In this document: positions 50,381 to 63,509 of the stretch, in pieces
How positions within the stretch are numbered: position 1 is the stretch's first letter
How the letters are laid out: each line of letters begins with the position of its first letter
Origin: Chiloscyllium plagiosum
Taxonomy: Eukaryota
NCBI RefSeq assembly: GCF_004010195.1
Contig: NC_057721.1
Span: forward strand, 24,635,821 to 24,699,820
Direction: 5' to 3'
Length of the DNA stretch: 64,000 nt
Made by a program: the position numbers and the translations under genes
The notes under the pieces: generated by a model
Told to the model about the DNA's origin: nothing
Database searches by the model: none
The model's input: only the letters and a program-made list of their open reading frames with translations

Positions 50381-53300
50381 CAGAGTGCAAGGAGCAGCAG
50401 CATGCATTTCAAAGGAACTGAGATGGGAAGAAAGTGAGAAGTTGGGGGAGATCTATAGTACCATACTAACAATTTGTTTTTCATTGTGCCTTCGTTGAAA
50501 GAAGATTTTCTAGAGCAAAACGAGAATGGTTTGATGCACTATTCTAATTATATAAGCATGGCATCCATGCGACAAAATCCCACAAATGTCAACAAGATAG
50601 ATAATCAGATGAGCCAATTTTGTGGTGGTGTTTGAGGGAGAAATGGGTGACATGAATGCCTTTGCCTTTGCTGGTCTCTTGGACCCCTGAAAGACCATGA
50701 TATGTCTCCTCCATAGTCATCTACACCTTCCATGTCTCCAAGACCACTACTGTCAGTGTGGGTCCCTCTTTCAGAAAAAGAAGGCTGCCGTGAACACATG
50801 ATATATGCAGAGCTGTAGTGTTGAGCTGAAGACCCAAAGGCAGATGACTCATTAGGATAAACTGAGTAGATTAATTTTGTATCTAGCCCATCTTGGTCAG
50901 AACAGGCATTGGCACACCACAAAACATTAGTCTTTTTTTACCAAAAATGGTAACAAATGAATTTCATGTTCATTGATCCTTACATTAAAACCTAAATCAT
51001 ATTTTTTTCATCACACCCAATTTGTATTTTTTTTTAAATGTTAATTTGCATCTTCAAGGAAAAAGAATGGTTCCTCTAATATTGGCCCTGAAATTGGCTG
51101 TGCTTTCTTCCTACCTCTAGTTACATTGCCAGCTTCTTGAATGCCAATCCCATATTTTCCCTGACTTTAATTTTTTTTTATGATGGACTTGGCTTCAGCT
51201 GCAATGTAGGCTCAGCACAGGGAGGAAATAAGCTAGCGATAGAGAAAGAGCTTTTGTTCAATTGTAGCAGCAACTATTTCTTAAGGCTGAAAAGAATTTC
51301 AGCACAAGGTCATACAGATTCCCAATACAACAACTAGTGTAACCATGGTGGATCTATGCAGTTTTTGATGGAAGTAACAAAAAATTAACTTTATTCTCAA
51401 TGGTGCAATTATACCATTGATAGCTACAACCTGGATACGTGTTCAGATTTGATAACAATTATTCATTTTGCTTTTTTTTTCACAAACTTAAAGCTACCTT
51501 GCTTCACAAATAGTTTGCACTAATGCCCAGCTAAGTTGGCAGGCTTCCCTGGTATTTCAATACCTTATTACCCTCTTGAGCTGCCACAAGAACTGTGGAC
51601 ATTATGGAGTGACATTTCTCAAATGTCTCAAGACATTTTCTGTGATTTATTTTTGCCATCCACATTTTTGGTAAACGGATTCCTCAGCCAGTTTGGCAAT
51701 AGCTCATCACAGAACTGTCACACCCCTGTTGCTAGGTTTTTATTTTGTGGTCTCGAATTGCTTCAAATTAGCTATTTGCTGCTATGATACCAACAACGCA
51801 TTTAAAGCTTGTTGCTACCGGGTCTTTTATTTTTCAACCAGCTGACAGTTCAGAACTCCAAAGAAATACACATACCACAGCTCAACAGGGGTAACATTGT
51901 ATGAGAACAGCAAGGCAGTTTAAATGTCCTTAGATCAAATAAGTTAGTATTCATTATAAATCATTAGGGGCTTCTTTAATGACTGCTGCTATCCCAATAC
52001 GTTTCTTCCTTTTCCAGTTCTTTTTCCTTCTCTCCTGACATTACTGGGCATAGTTCCACTTGCTCTTGTTGCTGCTGGTACAAAAATTATAGATGTGATG
52101 TCTTGTGCTCTCCATACCCTTTATCCATTATTTTTAAAAAGCTCAATAAATCCCCTGGGGCAGTAAAAACACAGGGAAAAATAAACAAGCCAATTTGAAG
52201 GAGAACTTCTAAATGTGTCCTGAAAATGCTAGAAAAATGAGGCAAGTCAGGCAGCATCTGTGGAGATGAACAGAGTTAATGTTTCAGCTGTATGACCTTT
52301 CATTAGACGGATATCAATCCCAACATGTTAATCATCAGAAAACCCTGTCTCCCCAAGACTTCTTAATCTATCCCAGCTTTGACTTGTGGAAACCTAGCCA
52401 CCCTAACTATGCACATTTGGAAAATGCTTTGTTTTGACTGCAGGTTGCAGTTTTGCCAATGATCACCAACATCTGAAAGATGTAGGATTCTGGAATTCAT
52501 TTTGGACATGGATATCATTTTTATAAGCGGCCTGGACTTTATAGAGCAGTGGTGCCACTGGGAATTTCATAATATTTTGCCTGTTTGGAGCAAAAGAATG
52601 AGGAAGAGAAAGAAAGAAACACAAATTTTGCTTGTATTTCTGCCAAATGTTGGAGATTATCTCCTGAAATTTATCATTACTCTCTCAACTATATGTACAA
52701 ACATGGTCAAACATCCTTGCACTTCACTGTTTGTGGGTAGTAGCACCTCCTCATGAGTTACTTGTGACATCTATTTCAAGATAACCAACAGACAAGCCCC
52801 AGTGGAAACCTATTATAGTAAAGGCAGCCATTTTGAATATGGGTTGAAAGGGTTTATGTTAAGAATACTATAAGCACCGCCCACAATGATCATGTCACAT
52901 GGACTTGCAGGCAGAACAGCTTAGGATCTCGGAGGATGAAAACCTGACCCTCTCAGAGTGTTATAATAATGTGATTATCAATATGAACTGTAATTAGTCG
53001 TTAACATGCAATAAGCTACTCATTATTAAATACAAGCCCCTCTTCTGTTTGGACCATTGAGATATCTTCTACTGCCACACTAGGTGAAGTAGGCCCTAGA
53101 GATCTCTATTCCTGAAGAGGGTAGTGTAACAGCAAACCTACCATACAGAAATATCAACATACTGAATGGTTGCACTTACGAAATGGTGAGCAGCAGTGTG
53201 CATTTTGTTTATCTGCCTCATACAATATGCTGGAAGTGGTGGAGGTCTGGAACCTTTTCAGCATCTTCACCCCCCTCAGCTTTAAGTTCTTTGCTCTTGC

Positions 53301-54269
53301 AGACAGTCAGGAGCAGGGGAGAGCTGAAGATTTAAGAAGAAACCATCATGGTAAGATTACACAAGGAAGCAACTACTGTCAATGCTAATAGCATTGCAGA
53401 TGTGGTAAAAGATATACTGGCAGCAGGAAAGTTAAGAGCTCCATGAAGAAAGGGAATTAGTCACTCCAAAGGAGATACAGACTCCATCACATGGCGGTGA
53501 TCTGTGGGGTCAGCTTTGAGTTGGTGTTCAGCTGAAGAGGGAATGGACATCTGAAGCTCCAACAACAAAGTTAAAATGCCTGGTGGGCACGGAAAGTATT
53601 TTAAAATGTGCAGTCTGTGAAAGCAAAATGTAAAGGATGTATTTACAGCTCAGATCAACATCACCGCTGTAGTGAATGAGCATCACAATGGACAACTCCA
53701 GCGAGAGAAACCAGTTTATACTGAAGTCACAGATCCAGAGATAACACAAAATCAGAATTAAAGTAATTAAGTGCCAGTTTAGAAACTCGAGTAGTTTTGG
53801 TCTAATTGAAGAATTAAATTTCAAAGTTTTATTCAGGTTGCTGAAAAAGTAGGAGATCCTTCATTGAATTGTTTCAAATGTAGAAATTTATTTAATCCAC
53901 GGGAAGTGGGATAGCACTGTCAAAAGAAATGGGGAAAATTATTCAGCTGTAGAAAGAGGGAATCATCCAGAAATGAAAACTGTTAAAGAAGTTGGATTCA
54001 TTCAGTAAGATTGTAAGGATTGGAAATCACTTGTTAAGTCCACAAACAGTGAGATTATCCAATGGAACTGTAGAAAAGGTGGAAACATCCATTTCTGCCA
54101 CTGAAGTGAGAAACTTCAATTTAGCTACGATAGGTAGATATCCTCCATTTTGGCCACAAAATGTGGGAAAATCCTTCAGTACAATAGCATAGAGCATCAG
54201 CAATGCTACTGTTGCAAAATTGAATTATTTGAGCAAGGTAAAGAATCATTTTAAGATGATATGACTTGG

Positions 54270-55480
54270 AACATGTCAAGGAAGATTTAATTTCAGTGAT
54301 GGACCAAATAGAATGCAGAAATTAGATAATGTGGTGAAAACAATTCTCAAGATGCAGACTAGGATTCAAATCAGAAGCTGAACAAGTAAGTGCAATTCTG
54401 CATACAATTGGGAAAAAAACTTATGATGTTATAGCTCACCAAGATGTAAACAAAGAAAAATGTACTAAATGCCTTTGACAATTACTTTAACCTCTGATAT
54501 AATAGAATTCTTGAAAGAACAAGATTTAATATGAGTTCAGCATCCAAATGAATCCATGAATGATTGGCCTAGGGCAGGAATGAGGCCCAGTGTAGGTCGT
54601 CGTGTATTTTTGGCAGTGCAGACTCAATGGGCTGAAGGGTCTCTTTACTGTATGATTCTATGAAATGCAACAATTGTTGACGTGAAGTCAGAGTATATAA
54701 GAGACATAGTTATTGACAGAATTATTAATGACATTCCTGATGAAATGCTTATGCTCAAAACGTCAACTCTCCTGCTGCTCAGATGCTGCCTGATCTGCTG
54801 TGTTTTTCCAACAATGTTCATTAATGAGTCTGTCAAACCTAGATGCTGTCCAAAAAAGACCTGACTCTGGAGAACACCGTTAAGACAGTGATGAAGCAGG
54901 TATCCAAAATCAACACAGACTAAACGAAAGGTGAGAAGATCAACCTTGGTACATGAAGAGTCCATTCAATTCTTCAACTTCAAATCCATAAAAATACATG
55001 AAAAACAAGAATTGTGATTGAGAAAGACACCAGATAGAGTACCAAATGTCTTTGTCAATGCTGTGGAGAAAATAATTTTCACAGACACAGACAGTGCCCA
55101 GGTATTAAAATAAAATGTTTTCTGTCACACTGAGGTAAGTTTTCAGAAAATTTCAGAAAATTTGTCAAATTAGTGCACAGTCATAGAAAACATTAATGAA
55201 ATTAATGAGAAATTAATGAGATGAAACAGGTAACATCCGGAGGAAACCTGATACAGAACATTTTTACAGACATTTTGGCATTCTGATATTTGTATAAATG
55301 ATTATCTTAAGAATTTCAAGTTGGACACTGGACTAAGTGTTGTTATCAGATAGAGAACCATGGTTGCGAAAACAATGTTAGTACTGACAGCATGGGAAGT
55401 ACAGATTCCAGGATGCATATCACTGAAGGTTAAAGGAATGCTACAAGCAACTCTGATACAGGAGCCACCAAATATTAGAA
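54270..55480 (+). mobile_element. Gypsy gag-protease fossil interrupted by CR1 and PLE fragments
   Basis: SEAEQVSAILHTIG...NAFDNYFNL..RILERTRFN..QHPNES; KSEYIRDIVI; DLTLE; a C..CG...H....CP knuckle near 55053; protease motif FKLDTG near 55315. Confidence 0.7.
54732..54819 (+). mobile_element. Mini-PLE (P1) terminal fragment with decayed HHR
   Basis: cattcCTGATGAaatgcttatgctcaaaACGTC..., flanked by an attaatga direct repeat. Confidence 0.7.
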
Positions 55481-58179
55481 AAACTAGATATCCATCATAA
55501 CCAAGATTTATCACACTTGAGTAGGAATGCATGTCTTGACCCCAGATATCTTCAAATGGTGGAAGGAGTTAGGTTTGTTTATGTCAAGGAACAATTCATG
55601 AAAGGACAACCAATGGAGGATTTTGTAGGCCTCAATAGAGGCTTGGCTGAGCCTAAGCAGAAAGTAATATCCATTGAGCTTTGCTTTGTGCACATAGGAA
55701 ATTTGTTTCATGCTGTTTGAGAACTTATGACTCTATGACTATGACACTCAGACCCGAATTTGTGGGGAGATGTACTTATGATTTTAAAGGAGCCAATTTA
55801 ACTAGGTTTCCTTGAATTTAAAAAATATTGTTTTATTATTTATTATTATTTTGAATTTATTAATGACTAAATATGACAAGATACAGAAATTTACACCGAT
55901 TATGAGCAAAATGTGAATCTAAAAGGATAATCATTTAAAATTAAAATCTCTGAATTGTTCACAAGAGCAAATAGTTGAACATTGCAGCCATCATAGTGCA
56001 GTGTCGACTGCTCCTGTTGACTCTGGTAGCTGACAGTCTTTTTTTGATTTTTGGTTTTGTAAGCTTCAATATGATCAAGACATGCAGAAAAAAATCTGAA
56101 GGGAATAATGGGCTTAATTTCAAGTCTCTGTGTCAGGCAAGATACTCGTAGCAATGATCCTGAATGTTACTGTACTGTATTTGCTTCATCAAATGCCATA
56201 TATTGGTGTTTGTGAAGGGTGTGATAATCCCAGACAACTATATCTACTGTATGAATTTGCAGCTTTGGAATGTTTGGCTCTGAATTGCTGAGCTAGAGTC
56301 AAAGCTGCAAACATTCTAGGACATCACCTGAAGCAGTTACCTTCCTTAATAAGTAGAACTCTCAGAGTTAGTCTTTTTGTGTTGCATTGAAAATCTTGCC
56401 ATGTCTATGAAGGGTTCTGTGCAATTACCTACTAATTCCATAATATTATCAATTTCACTTCCATCTCACTCTGCTTGTCATTTACCTAAATTATTACATT
56501 GTTCTACTACCTCAGTGTTTCTCAAGATTTTGCAATGTTCCGTCACCTGATTTCTGAAACTCGCTTTGCCTGACACCTATTTTTCTTTTAGTTGAACCAT
56601 GGCCTTAGTTATACGAACGTAGAAAGTAGAAGAAGGAACAAGTCATTTGACACTTTGATTCTGCCCCCACAATTAAGATGATAGCTGATTTACTTATAGC
56701 CTTAAATCAACTTGCTTAACTATCTTTTAGCTCCTTAATTGATTAAGAATCTGTCTGACTTAGCTTGAAAACATATTCCATTACCCTACCTCCACTGCTT
56801 TCCAGAAGAAGTGGAAGCAAAGCAAAGGACTCTGCAACCCTGACCATTGTGATACTATGTACTTGCAGATTGATTGAAAACTATTCAAGTCTCTCCCTTG
56901 GGACATTGAGTGGGTTACGTGAGCATTCCTCCTTTCACCTGCTTCTCAATAAGATCTGCTCCATTGGAGAGTGTAAACTGGAGGCCTCCCCCAAGTCCAG
57001 TGCACCACCCAATGCACACTAATTGCCTTGTTCACTACTTCCATCACCCTATCATGAACTGCAAGACATTCTATTCCATCACAGAATACCTGGTCTATGT
57101 CTCGTCCTGGGTTATTATTATAACATTGCCTCCTTGCATATCAAGACTGTTCACTTTACATTCGTGCTATAATGCATTGTGAGATAATCATTTTCATACA
57201 TTAAATAAGAGTTACATTAAAGTCCATAATTCCATGAAGAAAACCTTGAATGAAGTATTCCAATGCCAGAGTGTGAGGTAACATCATGTTGGATACTTCT
57301 ACATGCAAAGTCGAGTGGAAGTTGGGAACTCGCTTCCTCAAACAGTGGTTGATGATAGTTCAGTTGCTAAATTTAAATCTGAGATCGTCAACTTTTTATT
57401 AAGTAAGAGTATTCAGGGATATGGGCCCATGGTAGACATATGGAATTAGGCCACAGGTCGGCCATGATCATCTTGAAGGATGGAGCAGACTTGAGGAACT
57501 GATTAGCCTACTCCTATTCTGAAGTTCCTATACATGAGGAACTGCTAGATGAGTGGTGGGGGTGGGGTCTTTAAGTCAATAAGGTCCCATCAACATGCTG
57601 AAGACATTGCTGGAGCACGATATTCATCAGCAACCAAGAGTTATCCATCAAGATATGATTAATATGCACTTCAACAGCATGGCCATATTTTGTCTGTCAT
57701 CATACGGATCATTGTAACTACATTTAATTTGCAGCCAGCAATGTAACTTTGGAAGACTGAACCAAAAGATATGCAGCAAAAGCATTCCAGGGAAAGAGAA
57801 GCCAAGAAACAAAGAGTTTTACAGTATGTGAAGCAATCCAATACGAAATAACAGCCTCACACTCTCCCGAAGACCTTTAGCTTCTCCTGTTTAAAATATT
57901 TGTACATTTTTGCCTAATGCAGTGGGCTCTGTCTCAAACACTCAGTGCAGTAAAGAGCTATATGTCTCAATAGTCTGTTGCATTAACAAATTTCTCATGA
58001 TGTCTCCATTTTTACTGCCATTTTAAAATTAATGAACCCACAGCACTGAATCGCCAGTCGGAGGAATCCTTGTTCACTCCTTCAAAAATCCCTTCTAACT
58101 AGAGTGAGGTACCTGATTAAATTGTGCCCTGCTCTCAATTGTACGATCCACCAATATTCTCACTCTCTGATACCACTGC

Positions 58180-58980
58180 ATTCAAAGATATAGAGTATAA
58201 AAGTAGGCAAGTTTTGCAAACGCTGTACAAGGCACAAGTCAGACTACAGCTGAAATACTGTGATCAGTTTGGGCCCTTATCTGAGGAAAGATATTCTGGA
58301 ATTGAAGGCAATTCAGAGAAGGTTCACTTGGCTGATACCAGTTATGGAAAGGCTGTGCTATGAGGAGAGCTTGAATAAATTGGGCCTGATCATGATTTCC
58401 CCATGTTCCCCTCCCCCAAGAACTGGGAAAATTGTCAGTTCTAGGTCCTAATTGTACCAGTCAATCTCTGCATTCATGTCTGCATGTGGAAAGTTTCTGA
58501 ACAATTTAATTCAAATGGGTCTTAATTTCAGAGTGCTGCCTCATCCTGCGATATACAGACAGGTGATAGTTGGAAAATACAAGAACGAGAGCTGATCTTA
58601 TTAAAACATCCAAATTCTGAAAGGGCTTGACAAGGTAGATATGGAAAGGTTGCTTCCCCTTTTGGGAGAATCGAGGGGTAGAGGACATAATCTCAGAATA
58701 TGTTGTCAGACACAGATGAAGATTAATTTCTTCTCACAGAGAACACTAAATCTGTGGAATTCTTTATTGCACAGGCTGTTGAGACTAGGTCAGTGAGCAT
58801 ATTAAAGACTAAGATGGACAGATTTTGTATTAGTCAGGATATCAAGGATTATGAGGAAAAGGCAAGAAAACAGAATTGAAGATTATCAGATCAGCCATAA
58901 TCTCATTGAATGGCAGAGCAGAATCAGTGGACTGAATCGTCTACTTTGGCTTCTACGCCTTTTGATGTTATCGTATTCGC
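58180..58980 (+). mobile_element. Old CR1 3' fragment interrupted by a non-CR1 insertion
   Basis: FKDIEYKSRQVLQTLYKAQVRLQLKYC; LELKAIQRRFTWLIP. CR1 sequence resumes at about 58572. Confidence 0.75.
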
Positions 58981-60328
58981 TTGGTATCTCTCTGACATCT
59001 TTGGGAATCTGCGAATCTGTCAGGAAACAATTCAATGCCCTTTTAAATATAGCAAGCTTTTAAAGTCTACAATAAACCATGATTTCCCCATGCTCCCCTC
59101 CCCAAAGAACTGGGAAAATTGTCAGGTCCTATTTGGATTAGTCGATCATCTGCATTAATGTCTGCATGTGGAACTATTTAAATCAATTGGGTCTTAATTT
59201 CAGAGTGCCTGCTTCATCCTGCAATATACAGAGAGGTGATAGTTACTGTATCTCCCAGCACCTCATATGTTAGGTAACTAATTTTAATTAAAATTGTAAA
59301 ACTTGGTCATAAATATTAAATGCAAATGTAATTTTGTTTTAATCTTTCACAGCATGTCACAGTGCTGGCTGGGCCAGCATATACTGCCTTTTCCTAATTG
59401 CACTGCTGAAAATGGTAGTGAACCACCTTCTTGAGCCACAAATATCCATTTGGTATGAATACACCCACAGTGTTGTTCAGAAGGGATTTCCACAATTTTG
59501 ACACAGCGGCTGTAAAGGTTGTGATGATTGATACATCTCCCGCCCTTGTTCTTCCAGGTGATACAAACTGTTTGCAGGTCTGGAAAGTACTAAAGCAGTA
59601 CCGTTACTGAGGTTCACAGTGCATTTTGTAGACAGTAATGACTGTACTGCTACCACTGTGCTTCAGATTTAGAGGGAGTGAATACTGAAGGTGGTGTAGG
59701 AATTGCCAATCAAGCAGGTTGTTTTGTCCTGGTCAGTGTCAAGCTTCTTAAGTATTGTTGGAGCTGTACTTATCCAGACAAGAGGAGAGTATGCCATTTT
59801 GCCTTGTGTTTTGCTGATACTGGACAGATTTGAGGGAACCAGATGAGTTATTTGCTACAGAATTAACTGCCCCTGACCTTGTTACCTCTGATTTCATTAC
59901 TGTGACAACAGAAATAACTTGTTTGAGTGACCTTTTAAGGTCACCAAAGTGAAACTCTTTTTGAGAGAAGTTTCAACTTCATAGAATAATTAAAAATTGC
60001 AAACGATAATATCCCAGACACCCAAATGAGCACAGCATAGCAAAATAATTGTAGAAAAACTTAGTCCTTATATCATTAGATTTGTGATACAATCTTTATG
60101 TTGACTTATTCTACTTGATAGAGTACATTTTCCACTGACCTTCAACAAAGAGCAATGGAATAAACAATTAGAATATGAATGAATACATAAATTTCAAACT
60201 CAATAGATCAACATTGATAAAAGTACTAAATAAAAATCAAATGAACTGCTGACGCTGTAAATTAGAAGCAAAAAATAGAAATTGCAGGTCTGGCAGCATC
60301 TGCAGAGAGAACTCAGAGTTAACATTTG

Positions 60329-60782
60329 TGGTTGAATGGCCTTTCCCCAGTTCTGAGAAAGGGTCAGTCAACCCAAAACGTTAACTCTGATTTCTCTTCC
60401 TTGGTAACAGTACTAGTAAAAAGACTATTGGTAAAATAAAAATCACGTGGTTTGAGAACCATGCTGCAGAAAGCAAAATTGGAAGATGCATTCTTTTTCA
60501 CAGCTAGTGAACCGGACTCATGCCTTTGATTTTAACATATGTGGGAGGTGATGGATGGTTGAATGACCTTTCCCTAGTTCTGAGGAAGGGTCAGTCAACC
60601 CGAAACGTTAACTCTGATTTCTCTTCCTTGGTAACAGTACTACTAAAAAGACTATTGGTAAAATAAAAATCACGTGGTTTGAAAACCATGCTGCAGAAAG
60701 CAAAATTGGAAGATGCATTCTTTTTCACAGCTAGTGAACCGGACTCATGCCTTTGATTTTAACATATGTGGGAGGTGATGGA
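60329..60782 (+). repeat. 227-bp tandem duplication (2 copies) containing a P3 HHR motif
   Basis: 60329-60555 versus 60556-60782, with about 6 substitutions counted by eye. Confidence 0.93.
60576..60613 (+). ncRNA. Minimal type I hammerhead ribozyme motif with intact core, on the DMD pre-mRNA strand
   Basis: AGUU CUGAGGA A GGGU CAGUCA ACCC GAA ACGU U AACU: 4-bp stem I (AGUU/AACU), 4-bp stem II, palindromic ACGU, GUU cleavage triplet. Confidence 0.7.
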
Positions 60783-61511
60783 AAACTAAGCAGTTTTTAT
60801 GCATCAGGTGTATCAAGGAATGTCTGCCAGAATGTACACAGGAGTTGACAAAGAAGGTAGTCCGTGTGGAGTGAACTGTGAGAAGGGTCTTCTTGATCTC
60901 TGTTCATTACACCCATAGTAAGCTTACTTGGATCAGAGAGGTGTTTAAGCTCATTGAACTTGGATCATTTAGATCAAAGCAATCTTCATATTTATAATTT
61001 CAGTTCAGCAATAAATTCATTGCATACCAATTTTTGAAAGAGAAAGCTTGCCTCAGATGAAAAAGTTAAGAAGAATTGTGATCTACAATTTAATACAGAA
61101 AGGGGTGTTTACATTTGTGTGTTTAGCTATTGCAACTGTAGTCAAAAAGACAGACCATGTTTGACTATGTACATGATTATAATAAAAATATCACAGATGA
61201 GTTCTGGAGCAGCCATTATATTGTTTAACAGTTATTTCTTACCCCAAGACGTCTAAAATGATTACAATTTTATATATGTGTGTGGAGACTCAAAACTTAA
61301 TCAAAAATATCTCTCTACATTTTTGGGGCCAGACTTCTAAGTTGGACAGTGGTGAATGCTTCAAGTGCAGCTTATTATCTAAACTTCAATATAATGCAAG
61401 GAAGACAAAACTGTGTCTCCCCCTTGCAACCTTCTGCCTTGCCATGACACCAGATGACCTAGATACATACCTTAAGGGCAGCAACAAGCACCATAGAGAT
61501 AAGCGATTTGG

Positions 61512-62420
61512 ATGAGAAAATAGGAGGCATTGTTAATAAGTTTGTGGATGACACCAAAATTGATAGTATAGTCAACAGTGAAAGATGGTTATCTAAGAGT
61601 ACAAAGGGATCTTGATCAAATGGCCAATGGGCTGAGGAGTGGCAAATGGAGTTTAATTTGGATAAATGAGAGGTATGGCATTTTGGTAAAATGAAAAAGA
61701 GCAGGACTTATGCAGTTAATGGTCGGGCCCTGGGTAATGTTGTCGAACAGAGAGACCTCTGGGTTCAGTTCACAGGTAGACATGGTGGTTAAGGAGATGT
61801 TTAGCACACTAGCCTTCATTAATAAGACCATTGAGTACAGGAGTTGGGAGTTCATGTTTCAGTTTTACAGGTCATTGGTGAGGCCACGTTTGGAGTACTG
61901 TATGTATTTATGGTCACCCTGCTATAGGAAGAATATTATTAAATTGGAGAGGTTTCAGAAAAGATTTACCAGGATATTGTTGGAATTGGAGGATTTGAGT
62001 TATAAGAAGAAGCTGGGTAGGCTGGGACTTTTTCTTTGGAGCATGGAAGGTTGAGGGGTGACCATATAGAGATTTTAAAAATCATGAGGGGCATAGATAA
62101 GATGAATAACAAAGATCTTTTCCCGAGGGTGGGGGAGTTCAGAACTAGGGGACATATTTTTAACATGAGAGAAGAAAGATTTAAATAGGACCTGAGGAGA
62201 AACTTTTTCACACAAAGGGTGGTTTGTATGTGGAATGAACTGCCAGAGGAAGTGATACAGTTATAAACATTTGAAAGAGATTTGGACGGGTTCATGAATA
62301 GGAAAGGGTTAGAGGGCAAGCACAGGCAAATGGGACTAGTTTAGTTTGGGAAACTTGGTCAGCACAGACGAGTTGGACTAAAGGGTCTGTTTCCATGCTG
62401 TATTACTCTATGACTCTATG
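61512..62420 (+). mobile_element. CR1 LINE 3' part
   Basis: KFVDDTK; FYRSLVRPRLEYCMYLWSP; ctctatgactctatg tail. Confidence 0.9.
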
Positions 62421-63509
62421 GTGCATTGGAAATTCAAATTAATAGTTTCCCAGGAGCTACAACAGGTTTTAATACTTCTAACCTTTCCTAGGCAATTATT
62501 CAGGTTAGTAACTTAGAACCCTCTCAAGTCACCAACTCTTAACATAGAATTGGGGATCCCATTGGATAGTTTCAGATATTGGGAATTTGCGCACTGGAAG
62601 TTTCAACTTCCCTTAGAGTTCTAGCAGACTCAGCTGCATGATCTCAATGCATAACTCCATTCAATGTTGCTACAACAACTGTCTTCCTGTAGAGTCTACA
62701 TTGCTGTGATGTCTTAACTATCCTGCACATGCACCATACCAACCTAACATGTTTGAGGACTTAACATTTGGCTTTTTATCTCCAAAAGAAGAAAAAAAAA
62801 CCATCAGGTCGATGTACACTTTGTCTTCTCCAAACTTATGATGTCAGTGAATTGCTCAAGCAGCAGCTTTCACATCTTATTTTTGTCTCATATGTTAAGA
62901 AGGCTTTTGTATCCTCTCATTTTTGTACAAATAGATTTACCTACTAACAATTACAGAAAGACATGTAGAAAGCAAAGAGGGGGCAGGGAGTTGTGGAAAT
63001 AGAGTTTAATATATGAATTTCCACTGGATGGAACCGCTTATCAAATGTTTAGGATAACCCACAGGTGTTTTGAACCACAGGCACCGGGGGAAACTTCACA
63101 GATGCATAAGTAGCTGTTGAAATATATTTTTCATTTTGTGAATATATCTTTACTGTAGCTTTTAGTGCAGTTTTCTTTGTAGGTCTTTTATATTGAGATT
63201 TATTTTTCATGAAGTCCTGTTGTTCATGAAAAAGTTTGGCAGCAACCTCTGATCATTTATTGAGGTGAGTTTACTTTTAAAGAAATGTAATTTCTTGTGC
63301 GGCTGTTAAAAATGAAAGACAACATGCAAGGGAGTCTGACAAGAAGCAGGTTATCTTTTTTTTAAAAAAAGTGACAAAACTGCTTGTCTGTGGCAGATAT
63401 CAATGATTTCATCCTGCTGCAGATTAGCCCGATAAAGCTTTCTCCACTGAGGCTACGTTGTAACACACATGAATTAGTGATATAGTGAGATCATGACATT
63501 GATTCGTAT

